A DNA stretch of 64,000 nucleotides from Thecamonas trahens ATCC 50062. Lineage: Eukaryota; Protista; Apusomonadida. Each line of letters opens with the position of its first letter. The stretch's first letter is position 1. A model generated the notes under the pieces. The model was not told where the DNA came from and made no database searches. It was given only the letters and a program-made list of their open reading frames with translations. Below, piece by piece: positions 47,501 through 57,973 of this stretch. The stretch is from positions 1 through 64,000 of the forward strand of contig NW_013657610.1 in assembly GCF_000142905.1 (NCBI RefSeq). The letters run 5' to 3'. The position numbers and the translations under genes are program-made.

Positions 47501-50500
47501 GCCGAGAGGCTGCCGTCGACGGCGAGGTTGCTGACGGTGATGCCGGGCGAGTCGATGATGGTCATGACCTGGGTCTGGGCCGTGGCGCAGTTGAAGGTGA
47601 CCGAGGTAAAGTCGATGACCATGCCGGGAGGAAGCGAGGAGGAGAGGCGGAGCGGGACGGAGCAGTCGGAGAAGACCGTCGGGGCAAAGGTGATGGGCCC
47701 GGGCGGCGATGGCGGGAGCGAGTCCAGATACGTCTGCAGGAGCGGGATGGACGAGTCCGGCACAGCCGACGTCACCGCCATGTTGGTGCACGGCGCGTGG
47801 ACAACCCGTGAGCCAGAGCTCGACGCTCCCGACGTCACGGTGCGGATCCCGCTTGGGTCGGAGATCTCGCCCAGCGGGAAGGCCGACGACGGATCGGCCA
47901 CGTGAGCCACGTTGTCGGTAAAGGCGCAGCCGGCGTCAAAGGTGACGGGCGGTGCGGGTGATGCCGCCGGATTGATGTAGAGGACCGAGGCGAGGCAGCC
48001 GCGGATGCGGGTGAAGCTCGTGCCGGTCACGGTCAGGCCCGGCGTGCCCGACGCGATGTACAGCGCGGCCCGGCCGGTGACCGAGTCGACAAAGGTCGAG
48101 CCGGTGACGACGGCCGTACCGGTGCTGCTGAGCGAGATGAGCGAGCCATCGCCGGTGCCGTATCCGCTGTGGCGCCGGATGGTGACGCTGTTGACGACGA
48201 GCGAGCCGCCGCCAAACGACTCGATGGCGCCGCCGATGGAGGTCGAGTCCTGGATGACGGCGCCTGGACCGAGGGTGAGGGTGCCTGTGCTCGTGTCCAT
48301 GCCCACCACCGCTGACGAGGTGGACGAGCATCTCGTGATGGTGCCCAGAAAGGTGACGATGGGCGTGCCGCCGCCGCTGTGGCGAAGGTAGATGGCTCCG
48401 CCGCCGTCGTCGGCAAAGGCGTCCGAGATGGTGCAGTCGGCGTCAAAGGTGACCATCGGCGATTGGCCTGTCGACCGCACCAGCACGCCGCCGCCAAACG
48501 CTGACGACGAGCAGTGGGCGATGTGCACGTTGTGGAAGCTGGCGGTGACGCCCACGCTGGAGATCGAGACGCAGCCGCCGGACGAGGCCGCTCCAAACCG
48601 GACCCGCAGCCCGGTGATGTCCACCGTGCCTGAGGTGGAGAGAGAGAGCCGATTGACGGTAAAGCCCGTGAGGTCGACGGTGTGCGATGCCGAGATGGAG
48701 AGCGTTCCGAGGTAGGTGCCCGGCGTGAGCGACGTGACCGTCCCGCCGGTGATGGCGGCCGCCAACGTGGCGGCGGTAGGGATGGCAAAGCCGCGCACCG
48801 CGTTGCATGGCGAGCCGTCATCGATGAGCATGGACGACATGTCGATCGACGGCACGCTCGACGATGCACTCAGTGACGCACCAGGCGTGAACGAGAGCTC
48901 GCCAAAGATCCACCTGGCCGTGTCCGACGAGCCAAACGAGATCAAGTTGCTCTCAAAGGAGTGGAAGATGTTGACAAAGACCGATGGCCCGGCGATGAGC
49001 ATGAACGACGCCTCGCACCCGATGTTGTTCTGGAACCGCGAGAAGCCCGGCGTCTGGACCACGCTGCTTGCGCCAGCCACGGCAAAGGCGCCTCCTCGGT
49101 TGCCGAGGCAGTCGTCGATGTTGACGGCGGAAAAGGTGAGCGGCGCGTCGTCGAGGGAGACGCATCCGCCATCGCCGCCAGCCACGTTGTTGTTGATGGT
49201 GGCAGTGTTGAGCGCGAGTCCGCCGCCGGCCACGTGCAGCCCGCCACCGTTGCTCCCGGCATCGCAAAAGGTGATCGAGGTCGTGTCGAGGGTGAGGGTG
49301 TGGGCGGGTGTGAGGGCGATGGCCAGCCCGCCGCCGTTGCCCGATGTGGCGGTGCTTGTGGTGATGGTGACGCCGGTCCAGACCGAGGCGCTCGATCCGG
49401 CCGAGACAGCGTAGTCCACTGCGCCGCCGTTGGCAGACGCCGTGCATGCCGTGAACGAGACCGAAGTGAGGTTCATGGCGGCGCCGCCGCCGGAAAAGGC
49501 GAGACAGCCGCCCGATGTGCTGGTGGCGGTGGCAAAGGCCGTGCCCGTCAGGCTAATCGGCGCAGCTGCATTCAGAGCCTGGAACAGCCCGCCGGGCGAC
49601 GATGTCTGCAGACCGTTGGTGAGGGTGCCATCGGTGATGGCCAACGGAGCCGAGAGGCCCGAAACGGTGATGGCGCGGCCAGCGCCGGCGCAGTCGATGG
49701 TGGCTCCGGTCATGGTCCACGAGCGGGCGGTGGAGCCCGAGACGACGACGCCATCGGAGCCGCATCCGGTGTAGGTGAGCGGGGGGATGGTGAGCGGCGA
49801 GATCGCGGCCGAGTCGTCGACAAGGACCTGGAGGCCCGCCACAGAGGCCACCGCCGGGAGACTGGCGTAGACAGCGCAGGCGAGCGGGAAGATGCCGACG
49901 TTGGTGGTGGAGGGCGAGGCAAAGGCTGCGGCCGTGCTCGCGGCGCCATTGAGGAAGACCGCGCCTAGCGGGAGCGATCCGTCGGCGTGATCGGCGGTGA
50001 GCGAGGTGGTGCTGGTGAGCGAGACCGTGCCGGCGACGGTGACGGCACCGGCGATGGCGGCGGGCGAGAGGCGGGCGATGGAGCCGGCGCACATGATGGT
50101 GTCGGAGACGGCGGTGGTACCTGCCAGGGCAAAGACAAACGAGCCGGACGCCGTCGACTCGAACAGCGTCCGCCCGCGGATGCCTGATACGACCGACCCG
50201 CCATCGATGGTAAAGGTGCCTGTGGCGGCCGACGTGGCGTGGACCAAGGCGCCGGCGTTGAGCGAGCCGGTGAGGGTGGTGATGGAGGCGGCGGTGAGCG
50301 TAGTCGTCGACGAAGAGGCCAGAGCAAAGACCGATGCGACGACGTTGGCGTTGAGCGACAAGCCCGTGGCACTGATGGCCATGGTAGACGAGGCGATGTC
50401 AAAGAGGTTAGCAGACGTGGCAAAGTTGGTGATGGTGAGGCCGGAGAGGACGAGGGTGGTGCCCGAGACCGACGCCGTGTCGCGATAGACAGCGCCAGAG

Positions 50501-50883
50501 GTACCTCCCGAACCCGAGATAGACGACGATCCGGTAAAGGTGATGGTATTGGACGAGGCCGTGTTGGAGATGGCGACCACGTTGCCCGGGGCAAAGACAG
50601 CATCATTAAAGGTGATACTCCTCCCGGTGGCGGAGATGACGATGGGCACGACCGAAGAGAGTCCGCACGCAAAGTTGAGCCCATTGATGGTAAGATCGCT
50701 GCCCGTAGACGAAAACTCGAGCGCCGTGTTGCATGTCAGGCCCGTCTCCACCACATTCACCGTCGTCTGCGTATCCACCGCTGCTTGGTACGACGAAATG
50801 TCCGTCGCATCCGTCCGCTCCGTCACGACCGAGACACCGACGATGACCACCGCCAAGACGAGAACTGCGCTGACGTGAGCCAT
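44593..50883 (-). CDS. 2,096-aa cell-surface receptor-like protein: signal peptide, parallel beta-helix (Pmp-like GGA repeats), IPT/TIG-like, Cys-rich, ~7-TM domain
   Basis: Uninterrupted ORF; signal MAHVSAVLVLAVVIVGV; NGGAV, GGAIY, GGGIF repeats; PQGGTVVVGGEGF (IPT-like); CKSCPEGGYCPGG..WPLRGYW; GYTGRYCAEC; several hydrophobic helices at the C-terminus. Confidence 0.85.
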   Translation of the reverse strand: MAHVSAVLVLAVVIVGVSVVTERTDATDISSYQAAVDTQTTVNVVETGLTCNTALEFSSTGSDLTINGLNFACGLSSVVPIVISATGRSITFNDAVFAPGNVVAISNTASSNTITFTGSSSISGSGGTSGAVYRDTASVSGTTLVLSGLTITNFATSANLFDIASSTMAISATGLSLNANVVASVFALASSSTTTLTAASITTLTGSLNAGALVHATSAATGTFTIDGGSVVSGIRGRTLFESTASGSFVFALAGTTAVSDTIMCAGSIARLSPAAIAGAVTVAGTVSLTSTTSLTADHADGSLPLGAVFLNGAASTAAAFASPSTTNVGIFPLACAVYASLPAVASVAGLQVLVDDSAAISPLTIPPLTYTGCGSDGVVVSGSTARSWTMTGATIDCAGAGRAITVSGLSAPLAITDGTLTNGLQTSSPGGLFQALNAAAPISLTGTAFATATSTSGGCLAFSGGGAAMNLTSVSFTACTASANGGAVDYAVSAGSSASVWTGVTITTSTATSGNGGGLAIALTPAHTLTLDTTSITFCDAGSNGGGLHVAGGGLALNTATINNNVAGGDGGCVSLDDAPLTFSAVNIDDCLGNRGGAFAVAGASSVVQTPGFSRFQNNIGCEASFMLIAGPSVFVNIFHSFESNLISFGSSDTARWIFGELSFTPGASLSASSSVPSIDMSSMLIDDGSPCNAVRGFAIPTAATLAAAITGGTVTSLTPGTYLGTLSISASHTVDLTGFTVNRLSLSTSGTVDITGLRVRFGAASSGGCVSISSVGVTASFHNVHIAHCSSSAFGGGVLVRSTGQSPMVTFDADCTISDAFADDGGGAIYLRHSGGGTPIVTFLGTITRCSSTSSAVVGMDTSTGTLTLGPGAVIQDSTSIGGAIESFGGGSLVVNSVTIRRHSGYGTGDGSLISLSSTGTAVVTGSTFVDSVTGRAALYIASGTPGLTVTGTSFTRIRGCLASVLYINPAASPAPPVTFDAGCAFTDNVAHVADPSSAFPLGEISDPSGIRTVTSGASSSGSRVVHAPCTNMAVTSAVPDSSIPLLQTYLDSLPPSPPGPITFAPTVFSDCSVPLRLSSSLPPGMVIDFTSVTFNCATAQTQVMTIIDSPGITVSNLAVDGSLSAGSALATSGGCVVVNGTLSGPVVFNGLSLSNCNVSAGAASSGQALTLAAVGARISINNGVLTARPDRESVAAGGGVYIGAPPGVGRVDVVWSGGSVSGFAAELGGGIFATNADVSLADLTVTDNVASLGSAVAVGLGATVNVASSALTSNSARNGTIYIAELTTAELAMGWTAPGALVMTNTTVRQNRACYGCLLASGRAASATPGSATVTHGIIVHNLATSAVANLSSPLNALLDADRGAANPTIDAGAFGIGNRVEPAPCSLARGGAPTERAFVRVRIDGCVSGCILGPQGGTVVVGGEGFRDGDVSVSINGNVTKVEMSSARALVVTDTSVQFDVPGGLGDGYPSITLNVSATSISLTGLVYVDLSGAVAADCVRIGQYYADGQCKSCPEGGYCPGGVRIWPLRGYWSPSERNAPGRCTLEEACCGAMGAVAACPVVLHDSGARVTARCDEDLGYTGRYCAECREPDFYSDAGVCRACERGDTAELAVLVLAALILIGLVTLAVALLSVVRMSSFVSIVLSLQQFVFVGRTTSARISGDAGKTLSDIFRALSFILFDVEFVKPNCYFASAGSSNFARLFWGTLVLVALAAVLFVAAAWVYAVIGHRLVLRRNKSKTPEAGDGSGNDDAMTGVVMESMASTESGEKDEDEDKDEEEEEETGSASTATSSSTASMPSKSMSSSSSSSSGSSGGSSSGSSSRASSIVPAKTVDDIESLTSGEDETEPRTRGERWARRARVSIVMLLAAVYLQITLRVINAFHCTTVNGSARLAVELSTECFQGAHTATLAVAILLAAMYLVAFPVVVLWLMYRAYGANAEAMAELKGGAFAFLVRGLQPGVFWFRVATLVTSVVLVLETVLIAGTSVRIMVVGLSLLVNVVLISLFWPFKSTHNNLFQLTIGIGSSVQLVIFADSDGLDGGKSTIQRNVLLSFVIIVSVGVVAWRSALYLRRRAEGRVDKSEVSDIDRM

Positions 50884-51606
50884 TTCCTCGTTCTGGATGT
50901 GGCGAGTGGTGCTGGGGGAGAGGGGTGTGTCCGGGGGTAGGTGGGGTGCTGAGTGTGGTGGGGTGCGGCGGGGTGCGGCGGGGTGCGGCGGGTGCGGAGT
51001 GGCGAGTGCAGCGTGGGTTTGGCGGATTGAAATTATTTTTTGCGGGACTTTGCGGTAACTGGCTCATCCCATGGCTTGTGTTGGACAAGGGGAGGGTGGG
51101 GTGGATGGGGTGGAGTGGCAGTGGGAGGGGGGGGGGGGGGGATGAGAGGTAGGAATGCGTATTGAGGGGGAGGGACGGTGTGGGGTTGGTATGGATGGTG
51201 TGGATGGTGGGGATGGTGGCGGTGGCGGTGCGGATTTTTTGGCGGCTCGGTAGAGACGGGCGACGGAAAAAGAGGGAGAGGTTGATGGAGAGAGAGAGAG
51301 AGTGCTTGATGAAGGCAAGGAGGGTAGAATTGGGATAGCGAAGGGCCGTTGGGGATGAGCTGTGGTTGGAGATCGAAAGAGGTGGCGTCCAGAGTGCTGG
51401 TTGGCGTACATATGTGAGGTCTGTTTGGGAGATTTTTTTTCCGACTGCACATGGGTGTATCGCTGGCTTTGGGGGTAGGGACAGGGTTGTGTAGAAGCCT
51501 ACGTGTGCCCATGCTTGAATTACAGGCTCCAATAGAGGTCGCCTGGGGTATGTGTGCGGGGAGGTGGTCCACAGCGAGCGCACTTGACTCTCCACTCCAC
51601 GGGGAA

Positions 51607-51614
51607 TATATAAG
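51607..51614 (+). promoter_or_regulatory. TATA-box-like motif
   Basis: tatataag ~40 bp upstream of ATG 51653, followed by a pyrimidine-rich stretch. Confidence 0.4.
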
Positions 51615-51652
51615 CGTCAGGGATCTTCCTCTCGTCCCTCCCCTCCTTCCTC

Positions 51653-53382
51653 ATGTCGGCATCAGCACCGGGAACTGTCCCACCTTTATCTAGCGGCCGA
51701 CATGTAGCACCATGGCTTTGCATCGTTGCTAAGAGAGCTGTCCTCGCCGAGCCGATGGCCACCACGCCGACCACGACCGGCGGCACGGCCAGCGGCACGT
51801 CCGCCATCACTTTGCCGACGCCGACGCCGACAACGCCCCCGTCGATGATGAGACGGGCGAAGGCGGCTCAAGGAGTCACGACGGCACTCTGTGCGAGACG
51901 GACAAAGCGTGCATAGTGACGATCAGTAGCACGAGTGGGCGGATTGTGCAGATCGACTCGGCTGGATCTGCCTCTGCCGTGATCGCCGCCGTGTCTGCCG
52001 CCAAAGCCACAGCCGCTGCCTCTGGCTGTTCGCTCTCTGTCCTCCGCGCCGCGGTAGCCATCCCGGGCCTTGTGGACATGCACACGCACGGGCTGACGGG
52101 CGACGGCGACGGATGCGCCGACGTGGTGGAGGCATGGGCCGTGCCGGAGCCCTCGCTCGCACGCCTCGCCGCCGCAGGCACTACTTCGGTCGTCCCCTCG
52201 CTCACCTTTCCCACCCACAGGTGGGACGCCACCTGCGCCGCTCTGTGTGCCCTGGCCCGTGCTGCCGGTGAGGGGCGGGGGGCGGGCGAGGCGAGCAAGG
52301 CGGGCGTGGGCGACTTGGCCGAGGCCGGCGACTCGGTGCGGGCGGGCGACTTGGCCGAGGCCGGCGACTCGGTGCGAGCGGGCGACTTGGCCGAGGCCGG
52401 CGACTCGGTGCGGGCGGGCGACTTGGCCGAGGCCGGCGACTCGGTGCGGGCGGGCGACTCGGTGCGGGCGGGGATCGGCAAGGCGGAGCGAAGCTGGATG
52501 GGCGCGCGGGTGCTGGGCGTGCATGCCGAGGGCCCTGTGGTAGCAGATGCGGGTGGGCTGCCTGATCCGGGCAAGCGGGCGTGGGCAAGGGAGAGCGCGG
52601 CGGCTGTGGAACGGGTGTTGGACGCAGCAGAAGAGGCAGGGATTGCTGTCAAGGTCATGACCATCGCGCCGTCGGCAGACGCAGTGTCTGGGTATGCGGG
52701 AATCGCAGCGATGGTCAAGCGCGGAGTGGTGCCGGCGCTTGGACACGACCGCAGCGCGCAGTGGGACCAGGTCATCGGCGCGCTCGAGGCCGCCGCCCCA
52801 TCCCGCTGCCATCTCACCCATGTCTTTAACGTGCAGACCTTTCATCATCGGCTCCCATCGCTGGGCAACCTCGCGCTCATGCGAAGCCTTCCGCCAAGCC
52901 TGGCCCACGTCCCGATGCCGACAGCCGAGGCCGTGGGCGACGGCCTCCACCTCCATCCGACAGTCATGCACGCCCTCGCCACCATCCGCCCACCGACCTC
53001 GCTCGCCTGGATCTCCGACTCGATCCTCACTCCGTCGGCTGTCGGCGACCACGCGTACTGCGGCCGTCGGGTGGCCATCGGCTCGGTCCCGGGCTGCTCC
53101 ACGCCGGCAGTCGTGCTCGCCAGCGGCGACACGGACGCTGCCCCAGTCATCGCCGGCTCGTGCAGTGCCCTCCTTGATACGGTTCGCCTCCTCGTCAACG
53201 AGCTCGGCATTGCGCTCGACGACGCCGTCCGCACTTGCGCTACCACGCCCGCAGACATTGTCGGCGCAGACCATGTCGGCCGCCTTGCTGTCGGCGCCAT
53301 GGGCGACGTACTCCTCCTCGACGCCGATCTCGCACTCATTGCTGTGATTATGGGTGGCGTGCTTGTCCCGGCATCAGGCTAA
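51653..53382 (+). CDS. nagA: N-acetylglucosamine-6-phosphate deacetylase (NagA/AMDHD2 family)
   Basis: PGLVDMHTHG, GTTSVVPSL, GVHAEGP, MTIAP, LGH, THVFN, DGLHLHP, ISD, IAGS, TPA...GRLAVGAMGDVLLLD. The main frame is open from 51733 with no upstream ATG, so a start at 51653 needs a -1 change or an intron at ~51750-51900. Confidence 0.88.
52309..52470 (+). repeat. 36-bp tandem repeat x4.5 (GDLAEAGDSVRA) inside nagA
   Basis: Units at 52309, 52345, 52381, 52417, plus an 18-bp partial unit. Confidence 0.97.
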
Positions 53383-53465
53383 GTGAGCCGTGATGACGAT
53401 GGTAATGTTGGTTTTAGCGCGCGGGGGAAAATGCTTGGGAAAACGGCTGCATGCAGTGGGGCCAC

Positions 53466-55343
53466 TCAGTCAAGCTCGGACTCGTTGACGACGGGCGTGG
53501 GAGCAGCCGGAGCAGCGGCGATGGAGTCGACAAAGGCGTGGAGCTCCTTAGCTTGAGCCTCAAACTCCTCTCGCTCGGCATCTTGGTTGGCGTCGAGCCA
53601 GGCAATGGCCTCGTCGATCCTGGCAGAGATCTTGGCCTTGTCCGGCTCGGTAGCAGAGACGGTACCGTCTCTCACGGCAGTGCGGAGGGAGAAGACGGCG
53701 GCCTCGAGGTCGTTGCGCGCCGAGATGCGGCGGCGGATGATGTCGTCCTCTGCAGCGTACTTCTCCGACTCGGCCACCATGCGATCGATGTCGTCCTTGG
53801 AGAGGCGAGCCGAGTCGTTGGTGATCTTGATCGAGTGCTTGTGGCCCGACGACTTGTCCTGGGCCAAGACGTTGAGGATGCCATCGGCGTCGATGTCAAA
53901 GACAACTTCGATCTGCGGCTTTCCGCGCGGCATGGGCGCGATGCCCGTGAGCTCGAACTTGCCGAGGAGGTTGTTGTCCGCTGTCTGCGCCCGCTCGCCC
54001 TCAAAGACCTGGATGAGCACACCCGGCTGATCGTCAGCGTAGGTGGAGAAGATCTGGGTCTTCTTGGTGGGAATGGTTGTGTTCCGCGGGATGAGGTTGG
54101 TCATCAGCCCGCCAGCGGTCTCCAGCCCGAGCGAGAACGGGGTCATGTCGAGGAGAAGGAGCTCAGCGAGCTTTCCGCTGGTGTCACTCGCGCCCGATAG
54201 GACGGCGGCATGGACAGCAGCGCCGTGGGCGACAGCCTCGTCCGGATTGATCCCCTGCGACGGCGCGCGGCCGGCAAAGTAGTCTGCAAGGAGGGCGCGG
54301 ACACGTGGGATGCGCGTGGATCCGCCGACGAGAACAATGTCGTGGATGTCGGCCTTGGCGAGCTTGGCGTCGGTCAGCGCCCGCTCGACAGGGCCGATGC
54401 ACTTGGCAAAGAGGTCGTGGTTGAGCTCCTCAAAGCGGGCGCGGGTGATGGACGAGTAGAAGTCGACGCCCTCGTAGAAGGCGTCGATCTCGATGGAGGC
54501 GTTGGTCGAGGCCGAGAGTGTGCGCTTGGCGCGCTCGCAAGCAGATCGTAGCCGGCGCATGGCCCGGGCGTTGCCGGTGACATCGGCACGGTGCTTGCGC
54601 TTGAACTCGCGGACAAAGTGGTTGACAAGGCGGGCGTCAAAGTCCTCGCCGCCGAGATGGGCGTCGCCAGCGGTGGCCTTGACCTCAAAGATGCCGTTGT
54701 CGATGGTGAGGACTGAGACGTCAAAGGTGCCGCCGCCCAGATCAAAGATGAGCACGTTCTTCTCAGCGCCCTCGTGGTGGAGGCCATAGGCGATGGCGGC
54801 GGCGGTCGGCTCGTTAATGATGCGAAGAACGTTGAGGCCGGCGATGGCGCCGGCGTCCTTGGTCGCCTGCCGCTGGGCGTCGTTAAAGTAGGCAGGGACA
54901 GTAACAACCGCGTTGCCCACGTCCTCGCCGAGGTATGCCTCGGCAACGCGCTTCATCTTGGTCAGGACCATGGACGAGATCTGCTCCGGCGAGAAGACCT
55001 TGGTCTCGCCGCGGAACTCGACCTCGATCATGGGCTTGCCCTCGTGCTCGACAACGGCAAAGGGCCACGAGGCCATGTCGGCCGCCACAGTGGAGTCGGC
55101 AAACAGGCGGCCAATGAGGCGCTTGGCATCAAAGACTGTGTTCTTGGCGTTCATGGCAGCCTGCAGCTTGGCGCCGTCACCGATGAGTCGCTCGGCGTCG
55201 GTAAAGGCGACATACGATGGCGTCGTCCGGTTGCCCTGCTCGTTGGCGATGATCTCGACGCGATCGTTGCGCCACACGCCGACGCACGAGTATGTGGTCC
55301 CGAGATCAATGCCGACAGATGCGCCAGCAGTGTGAGAAGCCAT
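53466..55343 (-). CDS. HSP70: Cytosolic-type HSP70 (625 aa), atypical C-terminus
   Basis: [56 protein letters not shown]; ends VVNESELD. Confidence 0.97.
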   Translation of the reverse strand: MASHTAGASVGIDLGTTYSCVGVWRNDRVEIIANEQGNRTTPSYVAFTDAERLIGDGAKLQAAMNAKNTVFDAKRLIGRLFADSTVAADMASWPFAVVEHEGKPMIEVEFRGETKVFSPEQISSMVLTKMKRVAEAYLGEDVGNAVVTVPAYFNDAQRQATKDAGAIAGLNVLRIINEPTAAAIAYGLHHEGAEKNVLIFDLGGGTFDVSVLTIDNGIFEVKATAGDAHLGGEDFDARLVNHFVREFKRKHRADVTGNARAMRRLRSACERAKRTLSASTNASIEIDAFYEGVDFYSSITRARFEELNHDLFAKCIGPVERALTDAKLAKADIHDIVLVGGSTRIPRVRALLADYFAGRAPSQGINPDEAVAHGAAVHAAVLSGASDTSGKLAELLLLDMTPFSLGLETAGGLMTNLIPRNTTIPTKKTQIFSTYADDQPGVLIQVFEGERAQTADNNLLGKFELTGIAPMPRGKPQIEVVFDIDADGILNVLAQDKSSGHKHSIKITNDSARLSKDDIDRMVAESEKYAAEDDIIRRRISARNDLEAAVFSLRTAVRDGTVSATEPDKAKISARIDEAIAWLDANQDAEREEFEAQAKELHAFVDSIAAAPAAPTPVVNESELD

Positions 55344-56396
55344 GGTTGGGTTGATAGAGACTGATGGTGTGTGGAGAGAGGGTGGGGAGGAGGGAGAAAG
55401 AGAGCGAGTTTTGACATCCAAAAAGAAAAAATGCGCCTTCATGAAGGCGTTGATCTCCCACATGGACAACATGGCAACAAAGAGGATGACACAAGAGCAT
55501 GAAGAGGTTAAAAGGTTGTCGCAATCATGAGTACGTACATATGAATAGTGGTGAGAGGGTTGAAGAGTGGTCAGAAGGATGAACTAGGGGTAGGAGGACG
55601 ACGGGAAGGAGAAGGGAGGGGGAGAGAGGGAGGAAGAAGAGGAGAAAAAATCTGTGGAGGCATGGTTCCATGCGCACGGAATGTTCCGGTTGTTGTGAGA
55701 GAGGGAGAGGGGGGGGGGGGGCTATGAGAGGATCTATTGGTGATGAGATGGGCTACTTTTCTCTGGTGGTGGCATTCTTCTTGCTTGTGGATGTGTGGTC
55801 TGGATGGTGGTGCCATAGACGATGACGATGATGAACCGCTTGCGACTGACAGTGTGTGTAGAGCGGAGAGCAGCCATAAGCTACAGTGTCCGCATCCATC
55901 ATCACTATGCTCTACACAAGCTATCCATGATGGGCACAGGGGGGGGAAGGGTAGAGTGGCATGGGTTAGTGTGCTGATCTTGCTTCTCCTAAGGTCCATG
56001 CGCCCCCTTTCTCGTTCGCTGGTCCTCCGATCCATCGCCTCGACCGCTGCCGGACTCGCGGTCTGCGAAGAGCTGGCACTTCTGCATGATCTTGGCCTTG
56101 GCCTTGCCCTTGACCTTGACCTATCTTCGATCCCGTTCTCGCTCACGCTCACCCTGCACCCACCGCTCTCCCCTCGCTCGACAACGTTCGCGGCAATGAC
56201 CTTTCACACCAAAAAAAACGCATTTGCAATTGCAAAAGTGCATTTTTGTGTGACGGCGGAGAATACTGGCGCCACCATCAGCATGGGAGAGGGCAGGCAG
56301 AGGCGTACTACTACTACTACCGCGAGATACTTAACCTCTCTCGCAGGTTGATCTCGTGCAGGCTTGTAGGCTTGCTATCCAGCAGCAACAAAGAGT

Positions 56397-57401
56397 ATGG
56401 TCAAGGCGAAGCCCCTGTTGGAGGCGGAGGGGAGGAAGACCGGGTCGAGCGGGCGGAGGAAGAACCGGGGCAAGCGATGCACATTCCGGGCCTTCCTGAG
56501 CGTCGTTCTCCCACACACCATGGACAATGCGACCAGGGTCAAGAGGAAGCAAGCCCTGACAAATGCCATCAAGAAGGCGGCAGGCGGCAAGGGTGAGGCG
56601 ACCATCGACGAGGTGCACAGCGGCATGAAGGAGTTCCTTATGGCTGACAGGTCGGCGACGGCACAGTACGCAGCTCGGAAGCTTACACCGAACATGTGTC
56701 TCGCCATGGCCCGGTGCTACGCCTTTGAGCCGAGCACGCGATCGGAGGACAACTCGTCCACCAGCAACGTGAATGACGACAAGCGTCGGGCGCGAGCCCT
56801 GGAGCAGACGGAGAGGGACCGCATCAAGATCAACACGCTGATGGGCGAGACAGTCACTCGGTATCACAAGACCAACCAGGCCAAGGTCAACCGCGAGAAA
56901 ACCAAGGACAAATACGCCGGCAAGGACGTGAGCGCCATCGAAGATGCCCTGGCGCCGACCATTGACGATGTGACCACGTCGATGAAAGCGATGGAGGAGT
57001 GTGGTGCGGGCGAAGCTGTGGTGTTGCGCAAGGCCGAGATGATGACCATCGACTTGCCGCTGGCAGAGCCATCGAGCAGCGACTCGAGCTCGACCTCATC
57101 CGTCGCGTCCTGTGCGGATACGCTGCTGCAGCCGACATGGTCGGACAAAGCTGGGGGGCTGTACAACGAGGTGCTGCCCGGGCTGATGACGCAGGATGCG
57201 ATGTACGGCCAGCAGTTTTGCCTGCCACCGATTATCCATGGGTGCGAGTCGAGTCTTCTTAGACGAGCTAGTCCTGTAGCCGATGCGATGACGGTCGCTG
57301 CAGGCGTGGGCACTGATTGGTGCTACAATCTAGATCTGATCGAGTCTGAGGATGAGTCGAACAACAGCGACAACAGCACGGTGCTCTCGTATCTCAAGTA
57401 G
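56397..57401 (+). CDS. Hypothetical protein, basic N-terminus and acidic/Ser-rich C-terminus
   Basis: 334-aa ORF with coding-like codon usage; NLS-like GRRKNRGKR; no family recognised. Confidence 0.6.
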   Translation: MVKAKPLLEAEGRKTGSSGRRKNRGKRCTFRAFLSVVLPHTMDNATRVKRKQALTNAIKKAAGGKGEATIDEVHSGMKEFLMADRSATAQYAARKLTPNMCLAMARCYAFEPSTRSEDNSSTSNVNDDKRRARALEQTERDRIKINTLMGETVTRYHKTNQAKVNREKTKDKYAGKDVSAIEDALAPTIDDVTTSMKAMEECGAGEAVVLRKAEMMTIDLPLAEPSSSDSSSTSSVASCADTLLQPTWSDKAGGLYNEVLPGLMTQDAMYGQQFCLPPIIHGCESSLLRRASPVADAMTVAAGVGTDWCYNLDLIESEDESNNSDNSTVLSYLK

Positions 57402-57549
57402 TTGTTCTCGCTCCGTCAGTAGTGAAGCAGAAGGTGGCTGTGGTGGAGGGAGGGGTCTTCGCCCGTCTCCGTCTCCGTCTCCACCAACATGGCCATCCCT
57501 GCCAACATGATCATCACCATCATTTTCTTCTTCTTCAACATCAATAAAA

Positions 57550-57962
<413 letters not shown>

Positions 57963-57973
57963 ACACACACACC

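Noticed and set aside
56397-57401. Histone-fold similarity
   Set aside because: Only a vague basic-tail-plus-helices resemblance; no diagnostic histone motif.
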